DNA from: a virus
IMG/VR virus record: IMGVR_UViG_3300042691_037387
Span: 14,156-78,155 of that record
Length of the DNA stretch: 64,000 nucleotides
Strand: one strand, 5' to 3'
The notes under the pieces are model-generated. The model saw only the letters and a program-made list of their open reading frames with translations, did not search any database and was not told the DNA's origin. Each line of letters starts with the position of its first letter. The first letter of the stretch is position 1. Below, piece after piece: positions 18,272 to 27,706 of the stretch. The position numbers were made by a program, and so were the translations under genes.

Positions 18272-18672
18272 ACAGGCCAATAATACTCTAGATCTGCTGG
18301 TTCGTCAAAATATTGAGAATAATATTCGTAATCTTTTCTCAACAAGTTTGATCTATGTGATCTGTGCAAGTCTTTATTCCCGAACCAACTAGGAAGGGTT
18401 ATGCGCTTATAGTCTAATTTTTCAAGCTGCATTGTATTTTTATAGCCTCGCTTTACCCACTCTTCTATCGTGAAGTTCTGATAAAGCTTTAGGGCTTCTT
18501 CGTAGCCTGTCCACATACGGGTTACTGGATGATTGCGCCAACCTTTTGTTGGTGTTCTATCGAGCAAGATATTCAGTACTTGAAATGTCTCTACTCTTTG
18601 CTTTCCGAGCCGACGATAGTCCAAAACTCTTACTGATTGCAAAAGGTCTGGGTACGGCAAAAAAGTTTGCAT
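18268..18672 (-). CDS. MSMEG_6728-family protein, pyrimidine-dimer DNA glycosylase (DenV)-like
   Basis: MQTFLPY, LDYRRLGKQRVE, WRNHPVTRMW, HRSHRSNLLRKD, YYWPV. Confidence 0.88.
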   Translation of the reverse strand: MQTFLPYPDLLQSVRVLDYRRLGKQRVETFQVLNILLDRTPTKGWRNHPVTRMWTGYEEALKLYQNFTIEEWVKRGYKNTMQLEKLDYKRITLPSWFGNKDLHRSHRSNLLRKDYEYYSQYFDEPADLEYYWPV

Positions 18673-18676
18673 TTTA

Positions 18677-19072
18677 TTAGTCTTTCTTAAACTCTGTCCA
18701 TGTTTTATCGCCAACACCATAATACTCTCTAGCTAAACCTGATGCAACTATATCCGTATTTAAACATGCACCTTCTGCATTCCACACTCTTGCCAAGACT
18801 CTGCCATACTTTTCATTCTTGTCAAGAATAGTTTCTATCTTAACCTTGTGCCCTGCTTTTGCTAGCCATTGATCAGTGAATTCTTTTGCGGCTAAGCCCT
18901 TCTGTTTTTCTTCTAGATTAGTTGTACGACTTTCCGGTGTATTAACGCCATAGAGCCTAACTCTTCCCTTACGAAGTGTATCAAATCCAAGATCAATAAC
19001 TATATCGAATGTATCGCCATCAATTATTTTCTTTACTTCTGCATTGTAGTAATAAACGTTTTTATCTTCCAT
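18677..19072 (-). CDS. Thermonuclease (SNase-like)
   Basis: IIDGDT, RVRLYGVNTPE, KYGRVLA, GLAREY. Confidence 0.92.
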   Translation of the reverse strand: MEDKNVYYYNAEVKKIIDGDTFDIVIDLGFDTLRKGRVRLYGVNTPESRTTNLEEKQKGLAAKEFTDQWLAKAGHKVKIETILDKNEKYGRVLARVWNAEGACLNTDIVASGLAREYYGVGDKTWTEFKKD

Positions 19073-19073
19073 T

Positions 19074-19889
19074 TTAATCTCTTTCTATTCCTATATAATC
19101 GCAAGCTTTTCTAAATATCTCCCTACTTACTGGGAACTGGGCATCAGCGTGGCTATACCCTTCTCCTGGCTTTGGAGACGACGCATGCCAGCTATGACCA
19201 ATAGATATCGATCCATCATAAAATACATTATACCCTAAGTGTCTAGCAAAGTATGAGCACCAGGTTTCCTCGTAGTAATGAGGTGTGGGTAAAAATGCTC
19301 CTGTTGCATTAGGATACATTTCCCTATACTTAGGATGATTTGTTAAATCGTTCCAAACATCTCTTCTTACAAAGTATGCAGATCCCGATACGGTCACGCA
19401 CTCGACTCTATCTTTGTAGAGAATATCTGATGGATCATGTTCCTTCCAACCCCTATGTTTTGGCGATGTATTTGTTCCAACAATTCCTGCATGAGTGATA
19501 AACCCATGCTCATCTCTTTGCTTAGGTCCGAATATGTGCATATCTGGATTTTCGTCAAATAAATTTTGTATTTTTATAATATCTGAAGACGTAAACCATA
19601 CATCTGCGTTTAGTATTGCTACAATATCAGACTTTGAATTTGCAACCATCATGTTGGCAGCTGCTGAGTATCCTATATTTTTTCTTAAAAAAGTTCTCTC
19701 TATAAGATATTTTTCTTCATTTTCTCGTAGCCAATCAATGGAATCATCTTTGGAATCGTTATCTGTTATGTATAGATTCCATTCTTTTACGAGCGCGCCA
19801 TTTGGACCATTTAAATCAGAGTGCAAGACGTCCAAAAGTCTTTGCAATTCTTTTCTTGAATTATAATTCACAACACATAGATCAATCAT
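19074..19889 (-). CDS. Glycosyltransferase family 2
   Basis: VVNYNS, DNDSKD, NIGYSAAAN, LNADV, VSGSAYFVRR, YYEET. Confidence 0.88.
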   Translation of the reverse strand: MIDLCVVNYNSRKELQRLLDVLHSDLNGPNGALVKEWNLYITDNDSKDDSIDWLRENEEKYLIERTFLRKNIGYSAAANMMVANSKSDIVAILNADVWFTSSDIIKIQNLFDENPDMHIFGPKQRDEHGFITHAGIVGTNTSPKHRGWKEHDPSDILYKDRVECVTVSGSAYFVRRDVWNDLTNHPKYREMYPNATGAFLPTPHYYEETWCSYFARHLGYNVFYDGSISIGHSWHASSPKPGEGYSHADAQFPVSREIFRKACDYIGIERD

Positions 19890-20139
19890 TTTTGTCCTCA
19901 CAGACTATTAGCTCAAACGCATTTTCAGGAGACAGACCAAACCCAATGTAATGATTCATTTCTCTAAATGCCTCATCAACATATGATTCATCAAAAAACT
20001 CTATCAACCTATTTCTATATTGATTCATTGTTGTTTGATCTTTAAATTGATTTTTAAACTTAAAATAATTGTACATAGATAATGCTGCTATTCCTGCTAT
20101 TGATCCGACAATAAAAAGATTACCACTCTTCTTCTTCAT
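19882..20139 (-). CDS. Membrane-anchored hypothetical protein
   Basis: LFIVGSIAGIAALSM TM segment. Confidence 0.55.
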   Translation of the reverse strand: MKKKSGNLFIVGSIAGIAALSMYNYFKFKNQFKDQTTMNQYRNRLIEFFDESYVDEAFREMNHYIGFGLSPENAFELIVCEDKND

Positions 20140-20335
20140 AACCATCCTGCTCAGGAATATACGTTTTATTAACCCATTCATATATATCCTCGGCTATCGA
20201 AAGCCAAGACGCTGGGTCTTCTGAATCTTGAGCCATATGATTATATAGATTGGCTATGTGTTCTAGCACATCTTTATCGGCAACGAAGATTGCTTGTCCA
20301 GGTGCTACCTTAACTGTAATTTTTTTCTTACTCAT
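20120..20335 (-). CDS. Hypothetical protein
   Basis: ORF track; operon packing. Confidence 0.6.
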   Translation of the reverse strand: MSKKKITVKVAPGQAIFVADKDVLEHIANLYNHMAQDSEDPASWLSIAEDIYEWVNKTYIPEQDGYEEEEW

Positions 20336-20339
20336 TTTC

Positions 20340-20543
20340 TTATTCTTCTTGTTGACTATTATCTAACTTATAGAGACAGATGTTATCTGAATCTGGTTCA
20401 AATGTAACAAAAAATATGTTCTTATCATTTTCTGTTAACCCATCTGGAGGTGGTGATTCTACAGCAATTTTCTGTGAAGAACAACCATACACTTGACTAT
20501 GATTTTTGTATACAACTAAATAATTTAGTTTTGATGCTGGCAC
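20340..20543 (-). CDS. Hypothetical protein
   Basis: ORF track; operon packing. Confidence 0.6.
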   Translation of the reverse strand: MPASKLNYLVVYKNHSQVYGCSSQKIAVESPPPDGLTENDKNIFFVTFEPDSDNICLYKLDNSQQEE

Positions 20544-20992
20544 TAACTAACCTCTATTGTTTCTACATTTGATTTATTCAAAAACTTTTTAATATAATCC
20601 CATTGGATATAATTATTGTCTTTTACATAATAAACATATTTAACTGTACTGTTTGCTATAAGCTTAGCACAGGAGAAGCATGGCGGTCCATTTACGTATA
20701 GTTTTGTTGCCTTAGAGCTGTAGTCACTGTGTAAAAAAGCGTTAGCTTCTGCGTGGGTTGCTATGCAGTTGTCATAGTTAGTTCCATTTGCGCTGTTCTG
20801 CTCAGCTCTTGGGCATCCGCCATCATCACAATGCTTGAAACCACTTGGTCCACCATTGTATCCAAAGCCAACTATATGATTTGAATCATCAACAAGTACA
20901 GCACAGTATTTTCTTTTTTTGCATGTAGAAAATATTAATGCAGATGATTTGCACATATCCATGAACTGGATATCTTTTCTTTTTAATTTCAT
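20543..20992 (-). CDS. dCMP deaminase
   Basis: GYNG, HAEANA and PCFSCAK Zn-deaminase motifs. Confidence 0.92.
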   Translation of the reverse strand: MKLKRKDIQFMDMCKSSALIFSTCKKRKYCAVLVDDSNHIVGFGYNGGPSGFKHCDDGGCPRAEQNSANGTNYDNCIATHAEANAFLHSDYSSKATKLYVNGPPCFSCAKLIANSTVKYVYYVKDNNYIQWDYIKKFLNKSNVETIEVS

Positions 20993-20995
20993 AAT

Positions 20996-21160
20996 TTAAA
21001 GCAGTATTATTACACCAGCAAGAAAACCTGACAGCAAAGAAAGGACTACACAGATCTTTTTAACTTTTGCGTCCTCCGAGAATTGGTTCATTAGCTGCAG
21101 TGATATAACCCAATTAATTAAGAGGCTAAAAATAACAGCTATAAAAATATCAAGAATCAC
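20996..21160 (-). CDS. 54-aa two-TM membrane protein (MILDIFIAVIFSLLINWVISLQLM...)
   Basis: Manual translation from GTG; fills the gap. Confidence 0.55.
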   Translation of the reverse strand: MILDIFIAVIFSLLINWVISLQLMNQFSEDAKVKKICVVLSLLSGFLAGVIILL

Positions 21161-21875
21161 TTCTGTGCACCAAGCAGTTAATGGTTACTGGGAAACATGG
21201 AGAAATCAAATTATGTACAGCTTTTGCATACTCCCTAATTTCGTACTGTGAATCATGTTCAAGTCTCTGGTTTAAGAATAAACATATTGATTGCAAAGAG
21301 CATGACCATCTATACACAACATACATTCCATATGCTGGAAGCATCAATCGAGCTTGCTCTGGAGCAACTCCAGATTCTAATGCAAGATTATATATTGCCT
21401 CACCCTGCTCAACATATTTGATTAAGTTTTCAGTTAGTATTGAACCAGTCCAAGGATCAACTGGACCACCAGAACCCTGCTTTGAGTTTTCTGGAGCCAT
21501 TCTCCATTCGTCATTTCTAGGAATGTAAAACTCTGGCTCCATAGTTATGTAGCGTCTAGAAGACTCGTTCCATGAATCCATCGTATGGTCAGATCCAACA
21601 ACATATTTCCAGTGCTGCCTAGCAACCATAAGCGGAGCTTTAAATTCAAACGTTGCGAAAGCATGTCTGAATGGGGACATATGATTTTCTCTTGCAAGAA
21701 AATCTATCAGTCTTGCATCAGCTGGTGATATTTCTGAGCTTTCTTTTGCATATGATGCTCTTGCCGCATTTGCAACAGATAGATCGCTGCCCATGGTATC
21801 GACTAGTCTAACATACCCTTTATCTAAAACACTAATAATATTATCTGGTTCTTTTGACGTGACTTGCTCACTCAT
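21150..21875 (-). CDS. thyX: FAD-dependent thymidylate synthase
   Basis: ANAARASY, HMSPFRH, VARQHWKY, WNESSRRY, PEQARL, SQYEIREYA. Confidence 0.92.
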   Translation of the reverse strand: MSEQVTSKEPDNIISVLDKGYVRLVDTMGSDLSVANAARASYAKESSEISPADARLIDFLARENHMSPFRHAFATFEFKAPLMVARQHWKYVVGSDHTMDSWNESSRRYITMEPEFYIPRNDEWRMAPENSKQGSGGPVDPWTGSILTENLIKYVEQGEAIYNLALESGVAPEQARLMLPAYGMYVVYRWSCSLQSICLFLNQRLEHDSQYEIREYAKAVHNLISPCFPVTINCLVHRSDS

Positions 21876-22203
21876 CTTCTTCCTCATCAATGTTCATATT
21901 TTCATCTAATTCTATAAATAATTCTACCATACAGTTGTTTAAGTCTTCTCCTGATTTATATAAAACATCAAGTATTTCATTTATATCTGGATCGTCTGGC
22001 GGTTCATTACTTAGTAGCATAAAAATAATTTGAGAAACATTTGATACGCAGTCACCTAAAACTTCCTGCAGTAAAATAAGCTGCTTTAAATCATAGGTAA
22101 TAGCTTTATCTGTTTCTTTTTCTATTCCACTAATGTTCGTTGATTTTATGATTTCAGAAAATAATTCATTTATTTTGTCATTATCCATATTCTCATCAGA
22201 CAT
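21868..22203 (-). CDS. Acidic hypothetical protein
   Basis: ORF track. Confidence 0.6.
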   Translation of the reverse strand: MSDENMDNDKINELFSEIIKSTNISGIEKETDKAITYDLKQLILLQEVLGDCVSNVSQIIFMLLSNEPPDDPDINEILDVLYKSGEDLNNCMVELFIELDENMNIDEEEDE

Positions 22204-22212
22204 TTAATTACC

Positions 22213-24147
22213 TTACTTTATGGGACATGCTCCAGTTGCACACTCTAAATCATCAAGAGAAAAATCTCCAGAAAGATCTGTAAATGATATCTCATTCTTA
22301 ATCTTTGACTTTAGCTTATTGTATTCTTCTTCGCTAATCTCTTCATATGGAGCAAGTGCAAATCCATGCTCACTGTGAAGTAAGAAAGAAACAGACTTTA
22401 CTTTATTTTTGTAATTAGCCTTCATCCAATCCTGAATCTCTGGCAGCTCTTCTTTTCTGTAATATACGGTAACGCTGACATTATTATCGGCCCACGTAGA
22501 TTGAGCTTTAACAACCCATTCAAGTTGATTTACAGCTGTCAGTTCCTTTGCTAAGGTTGCATGACTTGGGGTTTCAGCTGGGAACTCAACGACGCAGATT
22601 GTGTGATTTTCTTTACCGTCAATACCAATGTCGTAAACTACTTTATAACCCTTGTCTCTACAATACTGTACAAGTGGATCGCTGCTTCCCATTCTTACTC
22701 TACGAATGTAATGTTTTGCATAAGCAGGGTGAATACCTGGAGTAACTCCAGCCAACAAGCTCAACGTTCCACTAGGCTTTACTGTTGTAAGTTTAATTGA
22801 AGGATTAATCCCCAGGTGCTTTGACCACTCTGCATCAAATGCTTTTAGTGCAGTGTAGCAATCTGCAACCCAGGATAGCTGTTCATCGGTTGATTGCAGC
22901 CAACCAGTTATTCCCTGTCCTAATCTACGATTCTTTGATATAACTTCCATACTCTTTTGGTATGGGTAAGAAAGAGTGGTGATTGCTTTCTGCGTCTTAT
23001 ATAGAAGCTTGCTTAAATCTACTAATTCTTCTTTTGAAGATATATTTGGTAGAAAAATCTCTGCAAGGTTGCAAGGTTCACCGTCTTCCAAACCGATTTC
23101 GCCACAGGGGTTTGTTCCAATAACTTTTGAGTCATTTACCTTTTCTCCAAGTCTTCCATATTTGCGTATAAGAGCTCTGTTAATCAAACCGTATGGCTCA
23201 CCAGAACCATCGTAACCCTTCCAGAATTCTTCAATGATTTCATCATATGCATCTGCATAGATTGAGTTATTGGAATTTGCTCTCCAACCAGGAATATCTC
23301 CCTTGCCCCAGTTCTTTGCACGAAGGAAAAGGAAATCATCTGGATCACCAATTGCTATCTGAGCAGATCTACGAGCAGACCCAGCAACAACGACCTTACC
23401 AATGATATTGGCTATATCAAGAGCATCTATAGATCTAATCTTCTTACCTGCTCTTGCACTTAGTATTTTACAAATGTCTGCAATTCCTTCAATCAGGACC
23501 TCTGGACCAGACGCTGTCCCACCAAATGTCTTTAATGGTGCACCAAAACCACGAATTAAAATAGTTGAATAACTAAATGATTTTCCAGTATAGAAATAGC
23601 TATCTAGAACTTTACCAAGAAGATCTGACCAACCAAATCTTGAATCGGGAACTATAAAGTCAGCATCATTTGTTCTCTCATGCTTGATATAAGTAACATC
23701 CCTAACCTTTGGAAACTCATGCACAGAGGCTCTCTCAACTGTGTACCCTACTCCACCGCCAAGCATAAGGTGGTCCATTAAAAACTTAAAGTCTTCTACT
23801 TTTGAAATAGTTGTCATCCAGCAGTTGACGAGTGAAACACCGCTCATCTTTTGCACAAGAGGAGTACCTAACTGCCACAGTGCGCGTCCAGCAAAAGTTC
23901 CTTTAAGATTAAAGATGTAATCAAATAGTCTTTCCGCTTCTTCTTTTGAGTAACCAGCACCTATCTCTTGGGCTCCGTTAATGCAACGTGCAATTGTCTC
24001 ATGCCAATTTTCTTTTCTTCCTAGTGATTCAATATCCCTAGAATAGGTTCTTTTGTAAACTATCTCACCCATTCCATTAAAACCCCATGGTGGAGTTTTT
24101 GTTGCGTAGGATTGTACGAATTCTTCGGAAAGAATATTGGATTGCAT
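22213..24147 (-). CDS. nrdJ: Class II (adenosylcobalamin-dependent, monomeric RTPR-type) ribonucleotide reductase
   Basis: YKRTYSR, GRALW, NCW, TNPCGEI, CNLAE, TTVKPSGTLSLL, C-terminal ECATGACPIK. Confidence 0.92.
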   Translation of the reverse strand: MQSNILSEEFVQSYATKTPPWGFNGMGEIVYKRTYSRDIESLGRKENWHETIARCINGAQEIGAGYSKEEAERLFDYIFNLKGTFAGRALWQLGTPLVQKMSGVSLVNCWMTTISKVEDFKFLMDHLMLGGGVGYTVERASVHEFPKVRDVTYIKHERTNDADFIVPDSRFGWSDLLGKVLDSYFYTGKSFSYSTILIRGFGAPLKTFGGTASGPEVLIEGIADICKILSARAGKKIRSIDALDIANIIGKVVVAGSARRSAQIAIGDPDDFLFLRAKNWGKGDIPGWRANSNNSIYADAYDEIIEEFWKGYDGSGEPYGLINRALIRKYGRLGEKVNDSKVIGTNPCGEIGLEDGEPCNLAEIFLPNISSKEELVDLSKLLYKTQKAITTLSYPYQKSMEVISKNRRLGQGITGWLQSTDEQLSWVADCYTALKAFDAEWSKHLGINPSIKLTTVKPSGTLSLLAGVTPGIHPAYAKHYIRRVRMGSSDPLVQYCRDKGYKVVYDIGIDGKENHTICVVEFPAETPSHATLAKELTAVNQLEWVVKAQSTWADNNVSVTVYYRKEELPEIQDWMKANYKNKVKSVSFLLHSEHGFALAPYEEISEEEYNKLKSKIKNEISFTDLSGDFSLDDLECATGACPIK

Positions 24148-24164
24148 TTTTATCTCCTTGTAAA

Positions 24165-24866
24165 TTATTTAGCTTGTATTTTTTTTACGTAATTCTGATT
24201 TACTTTTTGTAATTCTAAATTCTTGATCTTAAGTATTTGCTCTATTGTGTAGATCTTGTATATTTCTCTCTCAAAGAAATAACCACTTCTCCAATTAAAA
24301 ACGTTCTTTATAATATTTTCATGACTAACAAATATGTTACAGACTACAGCTCCACCATAAGCCATAACAAGATTGGTAAATTTTACTTTTAATTCTTCAG
24401 AATTGCTAGAATCGATATAGCCATTGTCTTTTGCAGTATTATACAACCAGTTGAATGCTTGTCTTGTAACAGGCGATATGTCAATTGGATCTATTACCCC
24501 TAGCATTATTGCCTTGTTTCTGTTCTCAGCTATCTTGATATCTTCTCTCAATAGCTCTTGAAACATCTTAAACCAATCTCGTTCTTTAAATTGAAGCCAA
24601 CCAGAACACCAGTAGAGTAGGTTGTCAGGGGGTTTGGGTATAGTACTCTTCTCCGTATAGTTTAGCAGTACTGCACAGCTTATGGATTTTTTCACAAACT
24701 CTTTTCGTTCTTCTATATCTTTTCTTTTAGCTCCAGAACTTTCCCACAATTTAGCCAGTGAACCTTTCCAGTCATTAGGCCCAAGAAATATGCTAAGGTA
24801 TTTTTCTGCTACCTCAAAGGGAATTGCTCCCTCGTTAACCACTTTCTCTAAATCTTGATAAGACAT
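24165..24866 (-). CDS. Hypothetical protein
   Basis: ORF track, 233 aa; GAGG SD. Confidence 0.75.
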   Translation of the reverse strand: MSYQDLEKVVNEGAIPFEVAEKYLSIFLGPNDWKGSLAKLWESSGAKRKDIEERKEFVKKSISCAVLLNYTEKSTIPKPPDNLLYWCSGWLQFKERDWFKMFQELLREDIKIAENRNKAIMLGVIDPIDISPVTRQAFNWLYNTAKDNGYIDSSNSEELKVKFTNLVMAYGGAVVCNIFVSHENIIKNVFNWRSGYFFEREIYKIYTIEQILKIKNLELQKVNQNYVKKIQAK

Positions 24867-24920
24867 TTATAATCCCTCATAAAATCATCTAAACTTATAA
24901 AAGGTCGCAATAAAACATTA

Positions 24921-24942
24921 GTCCCGCCCTTTCGGGCGGGAC
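24921..24942 (-). terminator. GC-rich hairpin in the 5' leader (terminator or attenuator)
   Basis: GTCCCGCCC-GAAA-GGGCGGGAC, then TAATGTTTTATT. Confidence 0.6.
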
Positions 24943-24981
24943 AACTATGTTTATAACTACCGCCTGCCATCACTGTTGATT

Positions 24982-24990
24982 ATTATATCA
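24982..24990 (-). promoter_or_regulatory. Extended -10 promoter (TGATATAAT) for the nucleotide-metabolism/replication operon
   Basis: TGnTATAAT in the intergenic gap. Confidence 0.6.
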
Positions 24991-25031
24991 CAGCGCTAGC
25001 GGACGTAAATGTATCTAGGCTTTATTGCTGA

Positions 25032-25361
25032 TTAAAATTCCCCTATCTTATTCAGATACTTTTTTCTAATCATCTTTTCCAACAAAAGATGGAAAGTTAA
25101 ACCCAACCACGCTCCTATAAATATACTTTTTCCAATTGCCTGTTCTGTATGACGCCAAAAAGATCTTGTTAATGTTTCAATCTTTTTGGTCCTTATCGCA
25201 TATACATCATATAAAACTATGATGGCTATGAGACCTGTCCATCCTATTAGCCCAGACTTCCTACTATCTTTTTCTAGACTAATAGGATTGAATAGAATAT
25301 TAGAGAGCTTTTGCTGACGGAACCCCGTACCACTCTTTAACTTTTTCTCTGCCATAATCAC
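25032..25361 (-). CDS. Two-TM membrane protein (start uncertain)
   Basis: GWTGLIAIIVLYDV and IFIGAWLGLTFHLL segments. Confidence 0.6.
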   Translation of the reverse strand: MIMAEKKLKSGTGFRQQKLSNILFNPISLEKDSRKSGLIGWTGLIAIIVLYDVYAIRTKKIETLTRSFWRHTEQAIGKSIFIGAWLGLTFHLLLEKMIRKKYLNKIGEF

Positions 25362-25926
25362 CAGTTACGTTTGCCTGACCATAACCAGCTGTAAATACTT
25401 TTGCGCTAGTTACACCTTGTTCTTCACTTGGTCTAAATACACCGAATGAAGAAGGAGCTCCTTGAGCTTCTGTTCTTGCTCCGTGACCAGTGTTAGCAAA
25501 TATATTAGCGGAAGTAACACCATCAAATATGTAGTTATTGTAGCTGTATTCACTAACTCTATCTGCGTGACCAAATCCTGATGGGAATGCTGCTGCACCA
25601 GATAGGCCCTTGTACTCTAGTGGCTTAAATCTTGCTCCATCGTATGTACCACTACCATCTGGGAATGTTCCAGAAAGTGGATGGACATAGAGTGTGGTGC
25701 CATTAAATAGCTGAGAGAGGAATCTATTGCCAGGGAACTGACCAGTACCTGGTGCAAAATGATTATCTGGGGCACCATCCAAGACATGACTGGTGCTATA
25801 AAGTGGGTAGTAAGAATAGGTTCCAGTACCCTTTGCCTTGCCAGTCATTGATGTATAAGGATTGGTCATCTCAGCAGTTGACCTACCCTTTAGAACTGGT
25901 CTTGGTCCAACGTAAAAAGTTGCCAT
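25300..25926 (-). CDS. Gly/aromatic-rich protein, probably virion-associated
   Basis: AAGGAG SD, own upstream TTACTAT motif, composition. Confidence 0.65.
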   Translation of the reverse strand: MATFYVGPRPVLKGRSTAEMTNPYTSMTGKAKGTGTYSYYPLYSTSHVLDGAPDNHFAPGTGQFPGNRFLSQLFNGTTLYVHPLSGTFPDGSGTYDGARFKPLEYKGLSGAAAFPSGFGHADRVSEYSYNNYIFDGVTSANIFANTGHGARTEAQGAPSSFGVFRPSEEQGVTSAKVFTAGYGQANVTGDYGREKVKEWYGVPSAKAL

Positions 25927-25992
25927 TTATAGTCTCCTTGTGGATTTGTATAAGATAATAGTAAAAGGTATTAGCCTATATTGTAATCTTAA

Positions 25993-27255
25993 TTATATAA
26001 TAAAATCGCATTCTATCTTTAAATCAGACAGAACTGGAGGGGTTTTGTCATCTAACATATTTAATGTTACTTCAATCCATATTGAGCTAGATGAACCTGG
26101 ATTATTTAAAGTATAGGATCCCCCATCTTCATATATAACCCTATAACTAAATGCTGTTGACAAAAGACTTTGAGGAACATTGTAGATATACGGTGTAACA
26201 TTTGTTACCTCCGATATTAGTTTGCCGGCTGGGGCATCAAATTTTACAATGGTTTTACCACTGGTTAAGAATTTGTCATATCTTATATCTAGATCAGATA
26301 AACCGTAGCTATAAACATATTTATTTAGTTCTTTAAAATAATTTCTTTGATTCATCTTAATCCTAATTGCAGTTATTTCTAAATCTCCGAAATAAAACGA
26401 CAACGGTCCTGAATTTGAAATTTTGTCAGAACCAGCTATTGACCAACCGCCAGGAGGGACCTTGCCTATCGCATCGGTTTGCCCATTATAAAGGCCGTCA
26501 ATATTTAAATCATACCATCCATCTGATTCAATAAGATTAGGATTTGATTTAGTAGTATATTCTATGGAAAATATATCAACTGATCTCATTGGGTATGGAT
26601 TAAATTTTATGCAGTTAGTCTTATTTGACCCCGTATATTCTGTGGGTATCTTTACATAAAACATCATCTGCGCTCCAGCTGAGTTAGCTGAATTAGATAT
26701 GATATTTCTTTTCCAAACCTTATTTGGATCATCCAAAATACAATAATAAGTTGGTGTCGTATCAACAACTGAACCAGTGGAATCAACTCCAGAATAAGAG
26801 TTATCTATGTATGTTTTGAAAAAGTCTGGAACTACCTGACCAGTAGTTGCATTATAAAATTTAAGCTTTGAAGTTGATGACGACGAAACAACGGGCAGTG
26901 TTATGGTATTGTAATATGGGTCAAAGCTCAGCAAATCGGTTGATGAAATCGCATATGCTGTGGATAAAAAGCTAGCGTAGTCTAATTGAGTAACGCTATA
27001 TAAAGATAAAACAGAGTTATCTGATTCAAGAGCACTTACTCTATCCTCTAAATCCTGAATTGCATTTGATAAAAATGCATGATCCTTGATCACTCTTTCA
27101 AATGCCTGCTGAAGATTTACCTCTACAATATTAGACTTATTATATAGATTAACTAAGTCCTGATAGTTCTCTTCAATTCTAGAATTGTAATCGGCGCTGT
27201 CTACTATGCCGTTATATCTAATGTCTCTTTTTTGTGTTCTAATAATTTCTGACAT
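25993..27255 (-). CDS. Virion structural protein (baseplate/fibre-associated)
   Basis: N-terminal coiled coil, beta-rich body, C-terminal TPPVLSDL motif similar to those of neighbours. Confidence 0.65.
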   Translation of the reverse strand: MSEIIRTQKRDIRYNGIVDSADYNSRIEENYQDLVNLYNKSNIVEVNLQQAFERVIKDHAFLSNAIQDLEDRVSALESDNSVLSLYSVTQLDYASFLSTAYAISSTDLLSFDPYYNTITLPVVSSSSTSKLKFYNATTGQVVPDFFKTYIDNSYSGVDSTGSVVDTTPTYYCILDDPNKVWKRNIISNSANSAGAQMMFYVKIPTEYTGSNKTNCIKFNPYPMRSVDIFSIEYTTKSNPNLIESDGWYDLNIDGLYNGQTDAIGKVPPGGWSIAGSDKISNSGPLSFYFGDLEITAIRIKMNQRNYFKELNKYVYSYGLSDLDIRYDKFLTSGKTIVKFDAPAGKLISEVTNVTPYIYNVPQSLLSTAFSYRVIYEDGGSYTLNNPGSSSSIWIEVTLNMLDDKTPPVLSDLKIECDFII

Positions 27256-27256
27256 T

Positions 27257-27664
27257 TTAAATTCCGTTTTCTAATCTTTTTATTTTACTTTCTATTCTTG
27301 AAAGCTTTGCTGACAATATGTTTGTATTCTTTACGGATAAATCACCTAAAGATGACCCGTAGGCAGTAGTAGGATCGTCTATATTAATCTCTACTCCATC
27401 TACTTCGTAATCTGGACCATCGTTTAACTTTTCCGCCAATGTAATAGACTTTATATTTCCGCTCAAACCGTAAGTTTTTGCCAATATATCTGCATCTATT
27501 TGATCTAAATCTAATTTAATTCTTTCAAGATCTAAAATTAAAGAGTTCATTTCTAAAATTTCAGATGAACTTATCCTAGAAGCCCTGTACTTTTGTCTAG
27601 ATCTATTAAATAAAGGTTCTACTATTCGTCTTCTATTAGATTTTTTGGAAAAAGTTATTCCCAT
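27257..27664 (-). CDS. Putative structural protein
   Basis: ORF track; position in the module. Confidence 0.55.
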   Translation of the reverse strand: MGITFSKKSNRRRIVEPLFNRSRQKYRASRISSSEILEMNSLILDLERIKLDLDQIDADILAKTYGLSGNIKSITLAEKLNDGPDYEVDGVEINIDDPTTAYGSSLGDLSVKNTNILSAKLSRIESKIKRLENGI

Positions 27665-27706
27665 ATTAAAATCACCTTCTCATATATTAGTACTTGTAAA
27701 CATAAA

